64,000 nucleotides of DNA from Rhodoferax sp. (GTDB lineage Bacteria > Pseudomonadota > Gammaproteobacteria > Burkholderiales > Burkholderiaceae_C): assembly GCA_009693325.1 (NCBI GenBank), contig SHXM01000001.1, positions 1,423 to 65,422 of the forward strand, written 5' to 3'. The position numbers and the translations under genes were made by a program. Positions 1 to 11,805 of this stretch are shown piece by piece (within the stretch, counting starts at the first letter, position 1; every line of letters starts with the position of its first letter). The notes below the pieces were generated by a model. It was not told the origin of the DNA. It saw only the letters and a program-made list of their open reading frames with translations, and did not search any database.

Positions 1-620
1 ACCTGCAGCATGGCGCTGCGGGTGTGGCGCATCAGCACCGCGGCAATCGCGTTGCCCAGCACAAAGGCCGGCATGATCATGGCGGCCAGGTTGGCGCCCA
101 GGTCCTCAAACGGGCTGACATAGCCCGACGCCGGCAGCCAGCCCAGTTGCACCGAAAACAGCATGATCATCAGGATGCCCAGCCAAAAATTGGGCGTGGA
201 GATGCCCCATAGTGCCAGCACATTGGCCGCCGTGTCCCAAACTGTGCCGCGCCCCACGGCAGACACAATGCCGGCCGGGATGCCGATCAGCAGGGCGATG
301 GTCATGGCCAGCAGGGCCAACTCCAAGGTGACCGGTAGTTTTTGCAGCACCAGGCCGAGCACCGGCTGCTGGGTGCGGACTGATTCGCCCAGGTCCCCCT
401 GCAGCACGCCGCCAATCCAGTAGCCATAGCGCACCGGCAGCGGCTCGTCCAAGTGCAGTTTGGCGCGCAGGTAGGCCACCACGGTCGGGTCTTGCTCTTC
501 GCCGGCCAGAATCTTGGCCGGATCGCCAGGCAGCAGCTGTTGCAGCCCGAAGATCAGCATCGATACCACGACCAGCGTGGGGAGGATGCTGGCGATTCGC
601 TTGAGCAGGAACTCGAACAT
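1..620 (-). CDS. Peptide/nickel ABC transporter permease (DppB/OppB family), 3' end runs off the window
   Basis: Not in the ORF track. Reverse-strand ATG at 620 reads MFEFLLKRIASILPTLVVVSMLIFGLQQLLPGDPA..., a typical DppB N-terminus. Lies directly downstream of the binding-protein gene. Confidence 0.88.
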   Translation of the reverse strand, partial: MFEFLLKRIASILPTLVVVSMLIFGLQQLLPGDPAKILAGEEQDPTVVAYLRAKLHLDEPLPVRYGYWIGGVLQGDLGESVRTQQPVLGLVLQKLPVTLELALLAMTIALLIGIPAGIVSAVGRGTVWDTAANVLALWGISTPNFWLGILMIMLFSVQLGWLPASGYVSPFEDLGANLAAMIMPAFVLGNAIAAVLMRHTRSAMLQ

Positions 621-633
621 GGGGCGAGAGCGG

Positions 634-2142
634 TCAGGGTGCCAGCTTCAGGCCGCTGATACGCAGCAGGCCGTCCGGGATCTCGCGCACGCCGCTGAGC
701 TTGGGGTTGTAGGCCCACAGCCAGTTGCGGTGGTACAGGTAGATCACCGGCCGCTCTTTGGTGATTTGCGCCGCGATCTGCTCGAACAGCTTCTTGCGCT
801 TGGCCGGGTCGCGCTCGGCCCGTGACTGGTCGAGCAGCTTGTCGGTATCGGCGCTGCAATAACCGGCGTAGTTCAGCGGCTGCTTGCAGCCATGAAAGCT
901 GTACAGGTTGCCATCCGGGTCGGGCCGGCCGCTCCAGGCCAGCACATAGGCGTCAAAGTCGCCCTTGTCGGCCATGTTGAGCGAGGTGGCAAATTCGGCC
1001 GACTGGATCTTCACGTCAAAGCCGGCATCGCGGGTCATGGCCTGGATCACCAGTGCAATGCGCTGGGCGTCCGAGGTGGTGGGCGCGACCAGCGTGAAGC
1101 TCGGGTTGGGTATGCCAGCCGCCTTCAGCAGGGCCCGTGCTTTCTCGACATCGCGCTTGGGCAGGGGCACGTTCTTGGCGTAATAGGCGTTGGTCGGGGC
1201 CACCCACTGGTTGCCAATCTTGGCCTCGTTGTCCATCACCACCTGGGCCAGGCCCTGGCGGTCCAGCGCCAGCTCAAAGGCTTCGCGCACCCGCGGGTCG
1301 CGCCCGAGCGGGTTTTGCTGCGCTTTGTCGCTCTTGCCGATGTTGATGGTGATGCCCTGGTAACCGATCTCGGTGATGCGAGACACCTTGAACTTCTTCT
1401 CGATTTCCAGTTTTTCTACATCAGAAGAAGCGACCCGCTCGATGAAATCGAGCTGACCCGATTTCAGGTTGGCCAGGCGTACGGTGGCGTCCGGGATCGG
1501 CGTGTAGGTGACTTTGGCGAAATTGATCGCAGCCTTGTCCCAGTAGCCGTCGTAACGCTCCAGCGTGATGCGGTCTTGCGCCACCCGCTCGACAAATTTG
1601 AAGGCGCCGGAGCAGACCGGTTTGAGGCCGAACTTGTCGCCGGCGGCCTGCGCGGCCTTGGGCGAGACCATCATCCCGGCGCGGTCAGACAGAATGGCCA
1701 GCAAGGGGGTAAACGGTGCGCTCAGGTTCAGGCGCACTGTCATCGGGTCGACCACATCAACGCTGGCAACCGGGCCGAGCTCGCCACGGCGGTTGGAGCC
1801 GGGCATGGTTTTGTGGCGCTCGATGTTGAACTTGACAGCAGCAGCGTCGAGCTTTTCACCATCATGAAAGGTGACGCCGGGGCGAATTTTCAGCGTCAGG
1901 GCCTTGCTGTCAGCTGACCACTCGTAGCTTTGCGCCAGCTGCGGCACGATGGCCAGTTTTTCGTCGACATCGACCAATTTGTCGCACAGGGCCGAGAACA
2001 CCAGGCGGCCGACAAAGCTGCGGGCCAGGGTCGGGTCGAGCACATCGGGGTCTTCGGCCAGGCCAACACGCAGATTGGGCAGGTTCTGGGCTTGGGCCAG
2101 GCCGGCTACGAGCAGGGCAGCAGCCAGGGATTTTTTCATCAT
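634..2142 (-). CDS. Peptide ABC transporter substrate-binding protein (family 5)
   Basis: 502-aa ORF with signal peptide, LDP motif and VTFHDG...AAVKFNIER family-5 signature. Confidence 0.93.
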   Translation of the reverse strand: MMKKSLAAALLVAGLAQAQNLPNLRVGLAEDPDVLDPTLARSFVGRLVFSALCDKLVDVDEKLAIVPQLAQSYEWSADSKALTLKIRPGVTFHDGEKLDAAAVKFNIERHKTMPGSNRRGELGPVASVDVVDPMTVRLNLSAPFTPLLAILSDRAGMMVSPKAAQAAGDKFGLKPVCSGAFKFVERVAQDRITLERYDGYWDKAAINFAKVTYTPIPDATVRLANLKSGQLDFIERVASSDVEKLEIEKKFKVSRITEIGYQGITINIGKSDKAQQNPLGRDPRVREAFELALDRQGLAQVVMDNEAKIGNQWVAPTNAYYAKNVPLPKRDVEKARALLKAAGIPNPSFTLVAPTTSDAQRIALVIQAMTRDAGFDVKIQSAEFATSLNMADKGDFDAYVLAWSGRPDPDGNLYSFHGCKQPLNYAGYCSADTDKLLDQSRAERDPAKRKKLFEQIAAQITKERPVIYLYHRNWLWAYNPKLSGVREIPDGLLRISGLKLAP

Positions 2143-2160
2143 GTCGAGCTCCTTTTAAAG

Positions 2161-3201
2161 TTAGGTAACAAATGCAGATTGAAGCCGTTGCAGCCGGGTG
2201 TTGATGGCGGCGTCTGGCGCGCGAATTGGCGCTTTGATGTCGCGCCAAAAATGGCAGGCGACCGCATGGTCGTCCTGCTGGGTGAGGGCTGGCGACTGTT
2301 GCGAGCAGGTTGGTCGGGCATGCTCGCAGCGGGTGTGAAACCGGCAGCCCGGGGGCGGGTCGGCCGGGCTGGGCAGGTCGCCAGCGAGCAGCAGGCGCTG
2401 GCGCTGGCGGTTTGGTTCAGTCAGGGGTATTGCCGACAACAGGGCCTGGGTGTAGGGGTGGCGCGGCGCAGCAAACAGGGTCTGCGTGTCGGCGAGCTCA
2501 ACCACACGCCCGAGATACATCACCGCGATCTGGGTGGCGATGTGCTTGACCACCGCCAGGTCGTGGGCGATGAAGATATAGGCCAGGCCAAGCTGCTGCT
2601 GCAGGTCTTGCAAGAGGTTCAGAACTTGTGCTTGCACCGACACGTCGAGCGCCGAGACAGCCTCGTCACAAACAATCAGCTGCGGCTGCACCGCCAAGGC
2701 CCGCGCAATGCCGATGCGCTGGCGCTGGCCACCTGAAAATTCATGCGGGTAGCGCCCGGCATGTTCCGCCGCCAGGCCCACCGTGTGCAGCAACTCGGCC
2801 ACCCGCTGTGTTTGCCTGCCAAGGTGCAAGCGGTGCAGGCGCAGCGGCTCGCTCAGGATCTGGCCCACCGTCATGCGCGGGTTGAGCGAAGAGTAGGGAT
2901 CCTGGAAGATGATTTGCATCTGGCGCCGCTGTGCGCGCAAGGCGGCCGGGCCGAGGCTGGCCAGGTCGGTACCGGCAAATAGCACCCGGCCCTGCGTGGG
3001 CTCAATCAGGCGCAGCGCCAGCCGGCCCAGTGTGGATTTGCCGCAGCCCGACTCACCCACAATGCCCAGGGTTTGCCCGGACTGCAGGCTCAGGTCGACC
3101 CCGTCAACCGCGCGCACACTGCCGCTGATGCGGCTGAAGAGGCCCTTGCGCACCGGGTAGTGCTTGGTCAGGCCGCTGAGCTCCAGCAGGGGTGTGTTCA
3201 T
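2161..3201 (-). CDS. Oligopeptide/dipeptide ABC ATP-binding protein (OppF/DppF-like)
   Basis: Walker [17 protein letters not shown] signature, C-terminal HPYT and GCRFHTRC motifs. Confidence 0.93.
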   Translation of the reverse strand: MNTPLLELSGLTKHYPVRKGLFSRISGSVRAVDGVDLSLQSGQTLGIVGESGCGKSTLGRLALRLIEPTQGRVLFAGTDLASLGPAALRAQRRQMQIIFQDPYSSLNPRMTVGQILSEPLRLHRLHLGRQTQRVAELLHTVGLAAEHAGRYPHEFSGGQRQRIGIARALAVQPQLIVCDEAVSALDVSVQAQVLNLLQDLQQQLGLAYIFIAHDLAVVKHIATQIAVMYLGRVVELADTQTLFAAPRHPYTQALLSAIPLTEPNRQRQRLLLAGDLPSPADPPPGCRFHTRCEHARPTCSQQSPALTQQDDHAVACHFWRDIKAPIRAPDAAINTRLQRLQSAFVT

Positions 3202-4205
3202 GCCAGCGCCCGGTCGCTTGGCTGCGGCACCAAAGCGTCCGCATCGAGTGGCGCAAGCCAGCAGGCCGCCCGGTGCTGGCCACCCATCTCCATGAGGGGC
3301 GGTTTTTCCAGCAGACAGCGGGCCACGGCGAAGGGGCAGCGCGGCGCAAAACTGCAGCCCGGTGGACGCTCAAACAGACCCGGCACCTGGCCGCTGATGG
3401 CGCTCAGGCGGGCTTGGGCTCTGTCAAGGTGCGGCATGGAGCCGAGCAGCCCCACGGTGTAGGGGTGCTGTGGCTGGCTGAACAGTGCCGCCACTGGCGC
3501 CTGCTCCACGATGCGCCCGGCGTACATCACGGCCACCTCGTCGGCCACTTCGGCCACCACGCCAAGGTCGTGCGTGATCAGCAGCACCGCAGTGCCGCTG
3601 TCCTGCTGCAGGCTCTTCATCAGCTCCAGAATCTGCGCCTGGATGGTGACATCAAGCGCCGTGGTGGGCTCGTCGGCAATCAGCAGCCGGGGCGAGTTGG
3701 CCAGCGCCATGGCGATCATGACGCGCTGGCGCATGCCGCCCGACAATTTGTGCGGGTGTTCGTGAAAGCGCTGCGCCGGCGCCGGAATGCGCACCCGCTC
3801 CAGCATGGCCAGCGCCAGGGCCTGGGCCTCTTGGCGGCCGATCGGGCGGTGCCGCAGCAGCACCTCGACGATTTGCTCACCCACCGTGAAGGCCGGGTTC
3901 AGCGAACTCATCGGCTCCTGAAAAATCATGGCCATGGCCTTGCCGCGCAGGGCCTGCATCTCGGCCGGGGCCAGCCCTGCCAGCTCGCGCCCGTCAAACC
4001 GGATCGAGCCCGCAGCCACCCGGCCGGCCGGCCCGACCAGACCCATGATGGACAGCGAGGTGACGCTCTTGCCGCAACCCGACTCGCCCACAATGGCCAG
4101 GGTCTTGCCGGCCTCGATCGAAAAGCTGATGCCGTCGACGGCGGCAAACTCGCCCGCTTCGGTGGCAAAGTGGGTGCTCAGTCCTTTGACCTCGAGCAAC
4201 GCCAT
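3198..4205 (-). CDS. Oligopeptide/dipeptide ABC ATP-binding protein (OppD/DppD-like)
   Basis: [25 protein letters not shown] and GCSFAPRC motifs. Confidence 0.93.
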   Translation of the reverse strand: MALLEVKGLSTHFATEAGEFAAVDGISFSIEAGKTLAIVGESGCGKSVTSLSIMGLVGPAGRVAAGSIRFDGRELAGLAPAEMQALRGKAMAMIFQEPMSSLNPAFTVGEQIVEVLLRHRPIGRQEAQALALAMLERVRIPAPAQRFHEHPHKLSGGMRQRVMIAMALANSPRLLIADEPTTALDVTIQAQILELMKSLQQDSGTAVLLITHDLGVVAEVADEVAVMYAGRIVEQAPVAALFSQPQHPYTVGLLGSMPHLDRAQARLSAISGQVPGLFERPPGCSFAPRCPFAVARCLLEKPPLMEMGGQHRAACWLAPLDADALVPQPSDRALA

Positions 4206-4207
4206 GC

Positions 4208-4924
4208 TCAGCTCCTGGCGCGCCAGGCGGCATGAAATGCGTCGATGCGGGCCTCAATTCGGCTGCGCTCCAGCTCGCCGGCCGGCAGCTCACGGGTGGC
4301 CAGGCAGGCAATGAAGGGCTGAAAACGCTCCAGGCTCTTGTCGTGCAGGCGCTGCAACTCGTCCAGCGGCTCAGGGTGATCGTCCACCCGCAGTTCCAGT
4401 TCCGGATAGTCCTGCGAGCCTTGAATGCGCAGCGCGGCGGACTGCTTGCCGCGCTTGTCGCCACCCGCCGCCTCACCCGCTTGCATGGCGCTGATCAGGC
4501 GCAGCGCCAGCGGCTGCCCGGCACTGGCGGCAAAGGCCTCGGCGGTGGCTTCGATCACGCGCGGCCCGGCCAGCATGTTGCCAGCCACACTGACGTCGGC
4601 CTGCAACAGGTGGCCGCACCAGTCGACACATGCGCTGCCGGTGTGGGCAGTACCCGGGCCCCGTGCTGGCAGCACATGCAATTGGCGTTGGGCCTGGCCG
4701 GTGTCGGCGCCGGTCAGCGCGCTCACCACCGCCGCAGCCGAGAGGCCCTGCGCCAGAAGCGCCAGCCCTTGCGGGCCATACAAAGGGTTCATCAAGGCCT
4801 GGGTTGCAATTGCCCCAGACCCGGCCCGGGTGTGGATGCACAGTGAGCCGACTGAGAAAAACCGGCTGGCAATGGCCACACCAAAACGGCCATCGGGTTC
4901 GCGGACCAAGATCGACCAGGTCAT
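4208..4924 (-). CDS. DUF1028 family protein (Ntn-hydrolase fold)
   Basis: MTWSI...FGVAIAS N-terminus with Thr2; AGNML, GGDKRGKQSAAL and LRVDDHPEP motifs. Confidence 0.85.
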   Translation of the reverse strand: MTWSILVREPDGRFGVAIASRFFSVGSLCIHTRAGSGAIATQALMNPLYGPQGLALLAQGLSAAAVVSALTGADTGQAQRQLHVLPARGPGTAHTGSACVDWCGHLLQADVSVAGNMLAGPRVIEATAEAFAASAGQPLALRLISAMQAGEAAGGDKRGKQSAALRIQGSQDYPELELRVDDHPEPLDELQRLHDKSLERFQPFIACLATRELPAGELERSRIEARIDAFHAAWRARS

Positions 4925-5034
4925 GGGGGGGGTGGTTGCAGCGCCATGGTCTGGCGCCTGTTTGGGCTGACAGTGGCTTGGGTTGACATGGGCTACAGGA
5001 CTTCCTCTACTCTAAATGCTACCATCGTGCGACT

Positions 5035-6642
5035 ATGCTCAAGCTCGACGCTGCACATTACCCATACCCCTCCCGCCGCAGCGCCGTTTATGCCAACCGC
5101 GGCATGGTGGCTACCTCGCAGCCGCTGGCGGCGCAAGCCGGCTTGGCGGTGCTGCAGGCCGGCGGCAACGCCATCGACGCGGCCATTGCCGCAGCAGCGG
5201 CCCTCACTGTGGTGGAGCCCACAGCCAACGGCATCGGCAGCGACGCTTTTGCGCTGGTCTGGCACGGCGGCAAGCTGCATGGCCTCAACGCCAGCGGCCC
5301 GTCGCCGCGCAGCCTGAGCCTGACTGATACCAGCGCCATGGGTCTGGCCAGCATGCCCAAGTACGGGCCGTTGCCGGTCACTGTGCCTGGTGCCCCGGCC
5401 GCCTGGGCGGCGCTGGCCAGCCGCTTCGGGCGCCTTCCCCTCACCACCTCGATGGCGCGGGCGGTTGAGCTGGCGCGTGACGGCTTTCCGGTCTCGCCCA
5501 TGGTGGCCTATGCCTGGCAGCAGGCCACCCGGCTGTTTCAAAACGAGCTCAAGGCGCCGCATTTCAAGCCCTGGTTTGACACCTTTGCGCCCGAGCGCGC
5601 GCCCCAGGCTGGCGAGCTTTGGCGCTCGCGCGGCCATGCCGACACCCTGCAAGATATTGCGCAGACTGGCGCCAGCAGTTTTTACCGTGGCGCGCTGGCT
5701 GAAAAAATTGTCGCCTGTGTGCAGGGTGCCGGTGGCTATTTGCAGGGGGATGACCTGGCCGATTACCAGGTGGACTGGTGCCAGCCGATCAGCGTCAACT
5801 ACCGCGGCTTTGATGTGTGGGAAATCCCGCCCAACGGGCATGGTCTGGTGGCGCTGCTGGCGCTCAATATCCTCAAGGGTTTTGATTTTCAGGAGCGCGA
5901 CACGCTGTTGACCCACCACCGCCAGATCGAGGCCATCAAGCTGGCCTTTGCCGATGGCCTGGCCCATATTGCCGAACCGGCGCACATGCGGGTCTCGGTG
6001 GCTGATCTGCTGTCAGACGCCTACGCCGACCAGCGCCGGGCCCTGATTGGCGCGCAGGCGGCTTTGCCGACGCCGGGTGAGCCGCCGCGCGGCGGCACGG
6101 TTTACCTCAGCACGGCTGACGGCGACGGCAATATGGTGTCCTTTATCCAAAGTAATTACATGGGCTTTGGTTCTGGCCTGGTGGTGCCCGGCACCGGCAT
6201 TGCGTTGCAAAACCGCGGCAACAATTTCTCGCTCGATGCCGCCCACCCGAACTGCTTGGCGCCTGGCAAACGGCCCTACCAAACCATCATCCCGGGCTTC
6301 TTGACCCAGAACGGCGCGGCCGTGGGCCCATTTGGCGTCATGGGCGGCTTCATGCAGCCGCAGGGCCATGTGCAGGTGGTCATGAACACGGTGGACTTCG
6401 GCCTGAACCCGCAGGCCTCGCTCGACGCCCCGCGCTGGGAGTGGGAGAGCGGGCGGAGGGTCAACATTGAGCGCGCCACGCCCGAGCATTTGTTTCATGG
6501 CTTGGCGGCCTTGGGGCATGAGGTGGCCTGGTCGGCCAACCGAATCGGCTTTGGACGCGGACAGATCATCTGGCGCAACGCCCAGGGTGTGCTGTGCGGC
6601 GGCACCGAGCCGCGCACCGACGGGGCGATCGCCGCCTGGTAG
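5035..6642 (+). CDS. ggt: Gamma-glutamyltransferase family protein (YwrD-like)
   Basis: [18 protein letters not shown], autocleavage Thr in [21 protein letters not shown]. Confidence 0.92.
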   Translation: MLKLDAAHYPYPSRRSAVYANRGMVATSQPLAAQAGLAVLQAGGNAIDAAIAAAAALTVVEPTANGIGSDAFALVWHGGKLHGLNASGPSPRSLSLTDTSAMGLASMPKYGPLPVTVPGAPAAWAALASRFGRLPLTTSMARAVELARDGFPVSPMVAYAWQQATRLFQNELKAPHFKPWFDTFAPERAPQAGELWRSRGHADTLQDIAQTGASSFYRGALAEKIVACVQGAGGYLQGDDLADYQVDWCQPISVNYRGFDVWEIPPNGHGLVALLALNILKGFDFQERDTLLTHHRQIEAIKLAFADGLAHIAEPAHMRVSVADLLSDAYADQRRALIGAQAALPTPGEPPRGGTVYLSTADGDGNMVSFIQSNYMGFGSGLVVPGTGIALQNRGNNFSLDAAHPNCLAPGKRPYQTIIPGFLTQNGAAVGPFGVMGGFMQPQGHVQVVMNTVDFGLNPQASLDAPRWEWESGRRVNIERATPEHLFHGLAALGHEVAWSANRIGFGRGQIIWRNAQGVLCGGTEPRTDGAIAAW

Positions 6643-6656
6643 GGCAGGGCACTGGC

Positions 6657-7979
6657 ATGGACGCGCTCGACATCACGCAGTACAGCCTGCGCCTGGGGGC
6701 CCAGGCCAAAGCCGCCTCGGCCCTGATGGCCAAAGCCGGAACTGCGACCAAAAACAAGGCCTTGCTGCGTTTGGCGGTTTTGCTGCGCGAGAACACGCGG
6801 GCGATGCAGGCCGACAACGCCAAAGACCTGCAGCGCGCCGCCGCCGCTGGCCTGGCTGCGCCGCTGGTGGACCGGCTCAAGCTCGGCCCCGAGGTGTTGG
6901 AGACCTGCGCCCGCGGCTGCGAACAACTCGCCGCTATGCCAGAAATCATTGGCGAAATCACCGGCTTGCGCCAGCAGCCCAGCGGCATACGGGTGGGTCA
7001 GATGCGGGTGCCGATTGGGGTGTTCGGCATGATTTTCGAGAGCCGGCCCAATGTGACCATCGAGGCTGCCAGCCTGTCGATCAAGAGCGGCAACGCCTGC
7101 ATTCTGCGCGGGGGCTCCGAGGCGATCGAGTCCAACAAGGCCTTGGCCCGGTTGGTGCAACAAGCCTTGACCGACAGCGGCTTACCGGCTGATGCTGTGC
7201 AGCTGGTGCAAACCACTGACCGCGCCGTGGTGGGCCAGCTGATCACCATGCCGCAGTTTGTCGATGTCATCATCCCGCGCGGCGGCAAGGGCTTGATCGA
7301 GCGCATCAGCCGCGATGCCCGGGTGCCGGTGATCAAGCACCTGGACGGCAACTGCCATGTGTATGTGGATGACCCCTGCGACCTGGCGATGGCGCTCAAA
7401 GTGACCGACAACGCCAAAACCCAAAAATACAGCCCTTGCAATGCTGCCGAGAGCCTGCTGGTGGCGCGCGGTGTGGCCCCAGAATTTTTGCCGGGCATGG
7501 CCGCTATTTTTGCCAGCAAGGGCGTGCAGATGCGCGGCTGCCCCGAGAGCCTGCCCCTGTTGCAGTCAGGCCTTGGCCGCGCGTCAACCGGGCGTGCGTC
7601 CAGCGAAGGCCAAACTGCAGCCCTGGTGCTGGCGGCCCAAGAGGCTGACTGGTTCGAGGAGTATTTGGCGCCCATCATCAGCATCAAAGTGGTGGCCGGG
7701 CTGGATGAGGCCATTGCCCACATCAACCGCTACTCCAGCCACCATACCGATGCCATCATCACCCGCGACCACCAACACGCCGAGGCCTTTTTGCGCGAGG
7801 TTGATTCGGCCAGTGTGATGGTCAATGCGAGCACCCGTTTTGCCGATGGCTTTGAGTATGGACTTGGGGCCGAAGTCGGCATCTCTACCGACAAACTTCA
7901 TGCCCGCGGACCGGTTGGCATGCAAGGCCTGACCTCGCTCAAGTATGTGGTGCTGGGCCAGGGCGAGGTGCGCGTGTGA
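6657..7979 (+). CDS. proA: Gamma-glutamyl phosphate reductase
   Basis: [56 protein letters not shown]. Start moved to ATG 6657. Confidence 0.96.
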   Translation: MDALDITQYSLRLGAQAKAASALMAKAGTATKNKALLRLAVLLRENTRAMQADNAKDLQRAAAAGLAAPLVDRLKLGPEVLETCARGCEQLAAMPEIIGEITGLRQQPSGIRVGQMRVPIGVFGMIFESRPNVTIEAASLSIKSGNACILRGGSEAIESNKALARLVQQALTDSGLPADAVQLVQTTDRAVVGQLITMPQFVDVIIPRGGKGLIERISRDARVPVIKHLDGNCHVYVDDPCDLAMALKVTDNAKTQKYSPCNAAESLLVARGVAPEFLPGMAAIFASKGVQMRGCPESLPLLQSGLGRASTGRASSEGQTAALVLAAQEADWFEEYLAPIISIKVVAGLDEAIAHINRYSSHHTDAIITRDHQHAEAFLREVDSASVMVNASTRFADGFEYGLGAEVGISTDKLHARGPVGMQGLTSLKYVVLGQGEVRV

Positions 7980-8452
7980 CAGCCCTGCATCAAACCCTGT
8001 GTCGGCCGGGCTACTCGGTTGGCCGGCTCTGGCGCACCCTGGGGCTCAGCCTGCTGGCCTGGGCCGTCCTGCTGGCGCCCAAGGCGCAGGCAGAGGTCAG
8101 CGCTGAAGACCGGCAATCGGTGCAGGCTGTGGTGCAAGGGCAGCTCGATGCCTTTGCCGCTGATGATGCCCCGGGCGCGTTTTCTTTTGCAGCACCGAAT
8201 ATCCGCGACATGTTTGGAAGCGCCGAAAACTTCATGGCGATGGTGCAGCAGGCCTATCCCGTGGTCTATCGGCCAGCCGCGCTGGTATTTTTGATGCCTC
8301 AGGAGGTCGAGACAGGCCTGCTGCAGGCGGTGCAAATGCGAGATCGCAGTGGCAAACCCTGGCTGGCTGTCTATACCTTGCAGCGTCAGCCTGCGGCGGG
8401 CTGGCTCATCAGCAGTTGCGTGCTGATGGCAGTTCGGTCGGTGGGCGCGTAA
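7976..8452 (+). CDS. DUF4864 family exported protein
   Basis: Signal peptide, [16 protein letters not shown] and [13 protein letters not shown] motifs; overlaps the proA stop (GTGA). Confidence 0.75.
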   Translation: MTALHQTLCRPGYSVGRLWRTLGLSLLAWAVLLAPKAQAEVSAEDRQSVQAVVQGQLDAFAADDAPGAFSFAAPNIRDMFGSAENFMAMVQQAYPVVYRPAALVFLMPQEVETGLLQAVQMRDRSGKPWLAVYTLQRQPAAGWLISSCVLMAVRSVGA

Positions 8453-8493
8453 GCGCTTGTTCAGGGGCAATGCCCCACTTTTGAAAGATTGCC

Positions 8494-9777
8494 ATGGTTC
8501 CCCACTTAGTGACCGCCCTGACCGGCCCCATCAATGAACTCGAGCAACGGGTGCTGGATTCGATGCCCACCATTGAGCGCTGGTTCCGGCTTGAATGGAT
8601 GGAGCACACGCCACCCTTTTACAGCGCGGTGGATCTGCGCAATGGCGGCTTCAAGTTGGCGCCGGTGGACACCAATTTGTTCCCCGGGGGCTGGAATAAC
8701 CTGACGCCTGAGATGCTGCCACTGGCGGTGCAGGCCGCCATGGCGGCCATCGAAAAAATCTGCCCCGAGGCGCGCAATCTGTTGGTGATACCGGAAAACC
8801 ATCAGCAAAGCACCTTTTACCTGGCCAACATCGCGCAGCTGCAACGCATTTTCCACATGGCCGGGCTCCATGTGCGTATCGGCTCCATTGATCCCGCCAT
8901 CAAAAAGCCCATCACCGTGGCTCTGCCCGATGGCGACAGCGTGACACTGGAGCCCGTGGTTCGTGGCAAACGGCGAATTGGCGTGAAAGACTTTGATCCC
9001 TGCACGATTTTGCTCAACACCGATCTCAACGCCGGGGTGCCGGGCATTCTCGAGGACCTGCACGAGCAGTACCTGCTGCCGCCCCTGCATGCGGCCTGGG
9101 CGACCCGGCGAAAGAGCGCGCACTTCAAGTGCTATGAAGAGGTGGCCAAGCGCCTGGGCAAGCTGCTCGGCGCTGACCCCTGGCTGATACACCCCATGTT
9201 TGAGCGCTGTGGCGCGGTCGACCTGAGCATCCCGAGCGGGCTGGACCACCTGGGCGCGCAGGCGGATGCGTTGCTGGCCAAAGTGCGCCGAAAGTACAAG
9301 GAATACGGCATCAAGGAGAAGCCTTTTGTGGTGGTCAAGGCGGACGACGGCAGCCGTGGCATGGGCATTTTCACTGTTCGCGATGCGCGCAGCGTGGCCG
9401 AACTCGGAGCCATGTTGGGCGGTCGTCAACCAGCCGCCGGGGCGCAGGATATCTTGGTCCAAGAAGGCGTGCTGACCCGCGAGCGTATCAATGAGGCGGT
9501 GGCTGAGCCGGTGGTCTACATGGTGGACCGTTATGTGGTGGGCGGCTTCTATCGCATCCATGCCGAGCGCGGTGATGACGAGGACCTGTGCGCTCCGGGC
9601 TCGAGCTTTGTGCCTCTGGCCTTTGAGCAAAGCACCCACCTGCCGCAGCCCGGCGTGAAACCCGGCGCCAGTGCCCCAAACCGGTTCTATATGTATGGCG
9701 TGGTGGCTCGCGCGGCCATGCTGGCAGCGAGTTACGAGCTCGAGTTGACTGACCCCGAGGCCGAAGCTTTCACCTGA
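8494..9777 (+). CDS. gshA: Glutamate--cysteine ligase (betaproteobacterial GshA)
   Basis: [12 protein letters not shown] start, [37 protein letters not shown]. Confidence 0.94.
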   Translation: MVPHLVTALTGPINELEQRVLDSMPTIERWFRLEWMEHTPPFYSAVDLRNGGFKLAPVDTNLFPGGWNNLTPEMLPLAVQAAMAAIEKICPEARNLLVIPENHQQSTFYLANIAQLQRIFHMAGLHVRIGSIDPAIKKPITVALPDGDSVTLEPVVRGKRRIGVKDFDPCTILLNTDLNAGVPGILEDLHEQYLLPPLHAAWATRRKSAHFKCYEEVAKRLGKLLGADPWLIHPMFERCGAVDLSIPSGLDHLGAQADALLAKVRRKYKEYGIKEKPFVVVKADDGSRGMGIFTVRDARSVAELGAMLGGRQPAAGAQDILVQEGVLTRERINEAVAEPVVYMVDRYVVGGFYRIHAERGDDEDLCAPGSSFVPLAFEQSTHLPQPGVKPGASAPNRFYMYGVVARAAMLAASYELELTDPEAEAFT

Positions 9778-9926
9778 GCGCCAGAACCAGTTGCTGCGCT
9801 GCAACATTTTCAGGCGCTGCCGGGACTGATTGCTGCTGGGCCGGCCTGAATCGCCAGGCGCTGGGCGCACAATGGCGGTCTTTCCAGGAACGGATCCTTG
9901 GCCAAGCAGTGGGCCGGGGGCAATGT

Positions 9927-11795
9927 GTGTCAGCATCCAAATCGTCTCTCACCGCGCTCACGCTGGGCGCTATCGGCGTGGTTTATGGCGACATCGGCAC
10001 CAGTGTGCTGTACGCAGTCAAAGAAGTGTTCGGCTCCGGCCACGTGCCCTTCACCCCTGACAACGTCTACGGCATTCTGTCGATTTTCTTCTGGACGCTG
10101 ACCGTCATCGTGTCGCTCAAGTACGTGGTGCTGGTGCTGCGTGCTGACAACAATGGCGAGGGCGGCTTGGTCGCCATGCTGGCGCTCGCCTCACAGTCGG
10201 TCAAAGACAAACCCCGGCTGCGCCGGGTGTTGCTGGCGGTTGGCATCTTTGGCACCTGCCTGTTTTACGGCGATGGCGTCATCACCCCCGCCATTTCGGT
10301 GCTGTCAGCGGTGGAAGGCCTAGAGGTGGTGTCGCCGGCCTTCAAGCGCTATGTGATTCCGCTGACCCTGATCATCCTGCTCGGCCTGTTTATGGTGCAA
10401 AAACGCGGCACCGCGGGGATTGGCAAGTTTTTCGGCCCGATTACGCTGGTCTGGTTTGCCTGTATCGCCCTGCTGGGGCTGATCCATATCCAGGCCAATC
10501 CGGCTATTTTGTGGGCCATCAGCCCGCATTACGCGCTGGGCTTCATGTGGCACAACCCGGGCATTACCTTCATCATCCTGGGCGCGGTGGTGCTGTGTGT
10601 CACCGGGGGTGAGGCGCTGTACGCCGATATGGGTCATTTTGGCAAAAAGCCGATCCGGGTCGCTTGGTTCGCGGTGGTCATGCCGGCGCTGACCCTGAAC
10701 TATTTTGGCCAGGGCGCGCTGCTGCTCAAGGACCCGGCGGCGGTCAAGAACCCGTTTTTCCTGATGGCGCCTGACTGGGCCCTGGTGCCGCTGGTGGTGC
10801 TCGCCACCATGACCACGGTGATTGCCTCGCAGGCGCTCATCTCGGGCGCGTTTTCGGTCACCAAGCAGGTGATCCAGCTGGGCTACCTGCCGCGTCTTCA
10901 AGTGCAGCACACCAGCGTCAAAGAGGCCGGCCAGATTTACCTGTCTTTCGTCAACTGGGGCCTGTTTGTGGCGATTGTGCTGGCGGTGGTGCTGTTCAAG
11001 TCGTCCAGCAACCTGGCGGCCGCCTATGGCATTGCGGTTTGCACCGACATGCTGATCACCACGATTCTGACCTTCTACGTCATTCGCTACCGTTGGAACT
11101 ACCCGCTGGCCCTGTGCATTGCCGCGACCGGTTTTTTCTTTGTGGTGGACTTTGCTTTCTGGGCCTCCAACATGTTCAAGCTGTTTGATGGCGGCTGGTT
11201 CCCGCTGCTGATTGGCGGCGCAGTCTTTACCTTGATGATGACCTGGCACGATGGGCGGCGCCTGCTCAATGCCCGCCTGCGCGATGACGCGATCGACCTG
11301 CCCGGCTTTTTGGAGTCCGTGTTTGTCAGCCCGCCGGTGCGCGTTGAGGGCACGGCTGTGTTTTTGACGGCCGAGCCGGGTACGGTGCCCAATGCCATGC
11401 TGCACAACCTCAAGCACAACAAGGTGCTGCACCAGAACAACTTGTTTGTGACCGTGCGCAACCATGAGGTGCCGTGGATTGGCATGGAAAAACGGATCGA
11501 GATCGAGCCGCTGGGGCATGATTGCTGGCAGGTGGTGATCCACTACGGCTTCAAAAACGACCCGGATATACCCAAGGCCCTCCAACAACTTAAGGGCAGG
11601 GGCTGCGAGCTAGACGACATGCGAACCAGCTATTTCCTGTCGCGCGATACCGTCATCCCGACCATTGGCGGTGGCATGGCGCAGTGGCGCGAAAAGCTGT
11701 TCGCCCAGATGCACCGCAACGCCAGTGCCGCCGCCGACTTTCTGAAGCTGCCAAACAACTCGGTGGTGGAACTCGGCTCCAAGATCGAAATCTAG
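9927..11795 (+). CDS. kup: Potassium transporter Kup
   Basis: [48 protein letters not shown] start at 9927 chosen. Confidence 0.96.
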   Translation: MSASKSSLTALTLGAIGVVYGDIGTSVLYAVKEVFGSGHVPFTPDNVYGILSIFFWTLTVIVSLKYVVLVLRADNNGEGGLVAMLALASQSVKDKPRLRRVLLAVGIFGTCLFYGDGVITPAISVLSAVEGLEVVSPAFKRYVIPLTLIILLGLFMVQKRGTAGIGKFFGPITLVWFACIALLGLIHIQANPAILWAISPHYALGFMWHNPGITFIILGAVVLCVTGGEALYADMGHFGKKPIRVAWFAVVMPALTLNYFGQGALLLKDPAAVKNPFFLMAPDWALVPLVVLATMTTVIASQALISGAFSVTKQVIQLGYLPRLQVQHTSVKEAGQIYLSFVNWGLFVAIVLAVVLFKSSSNLAAAYGIAVCTDMLITTILTFYVIRYRWNYPLALCIAATGFFFVVDFAFWASNMFKLFDGGWFPLLIGGAVFTLMMTWHDGRRLLNARLRDDAIDLPGFLESVFVSPPVRVEGTAVFLTAEPGTVPNAMLHNLKHNKVLHQNNLFVTVRNHEVPWIGMEKRIEIEPLGHDCWQVVIHYGFKNDPDIPKALQQLKGRGCELDDMRTSYFLSRDTVIPTIGGGMAQWREKLFAQMHRNASAAADFLKLPNNSVVELGSKIEI

Positions 11796-11805
11796 GCGCC
11801 CCGAG

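Noticed and set aside
4925-4932. G8 homopolymer next to the DUF1028 start as a phase-variation tract
   Set aside because: Short for a GC-rich genome, outside the coding frame, and no other support
9789-9804. GTTGC-N6-GCAAC palindrome upstream of kup, or a riboswitch in this leader
   Set aside because: Short arms and no recognisable riboswitch consensus
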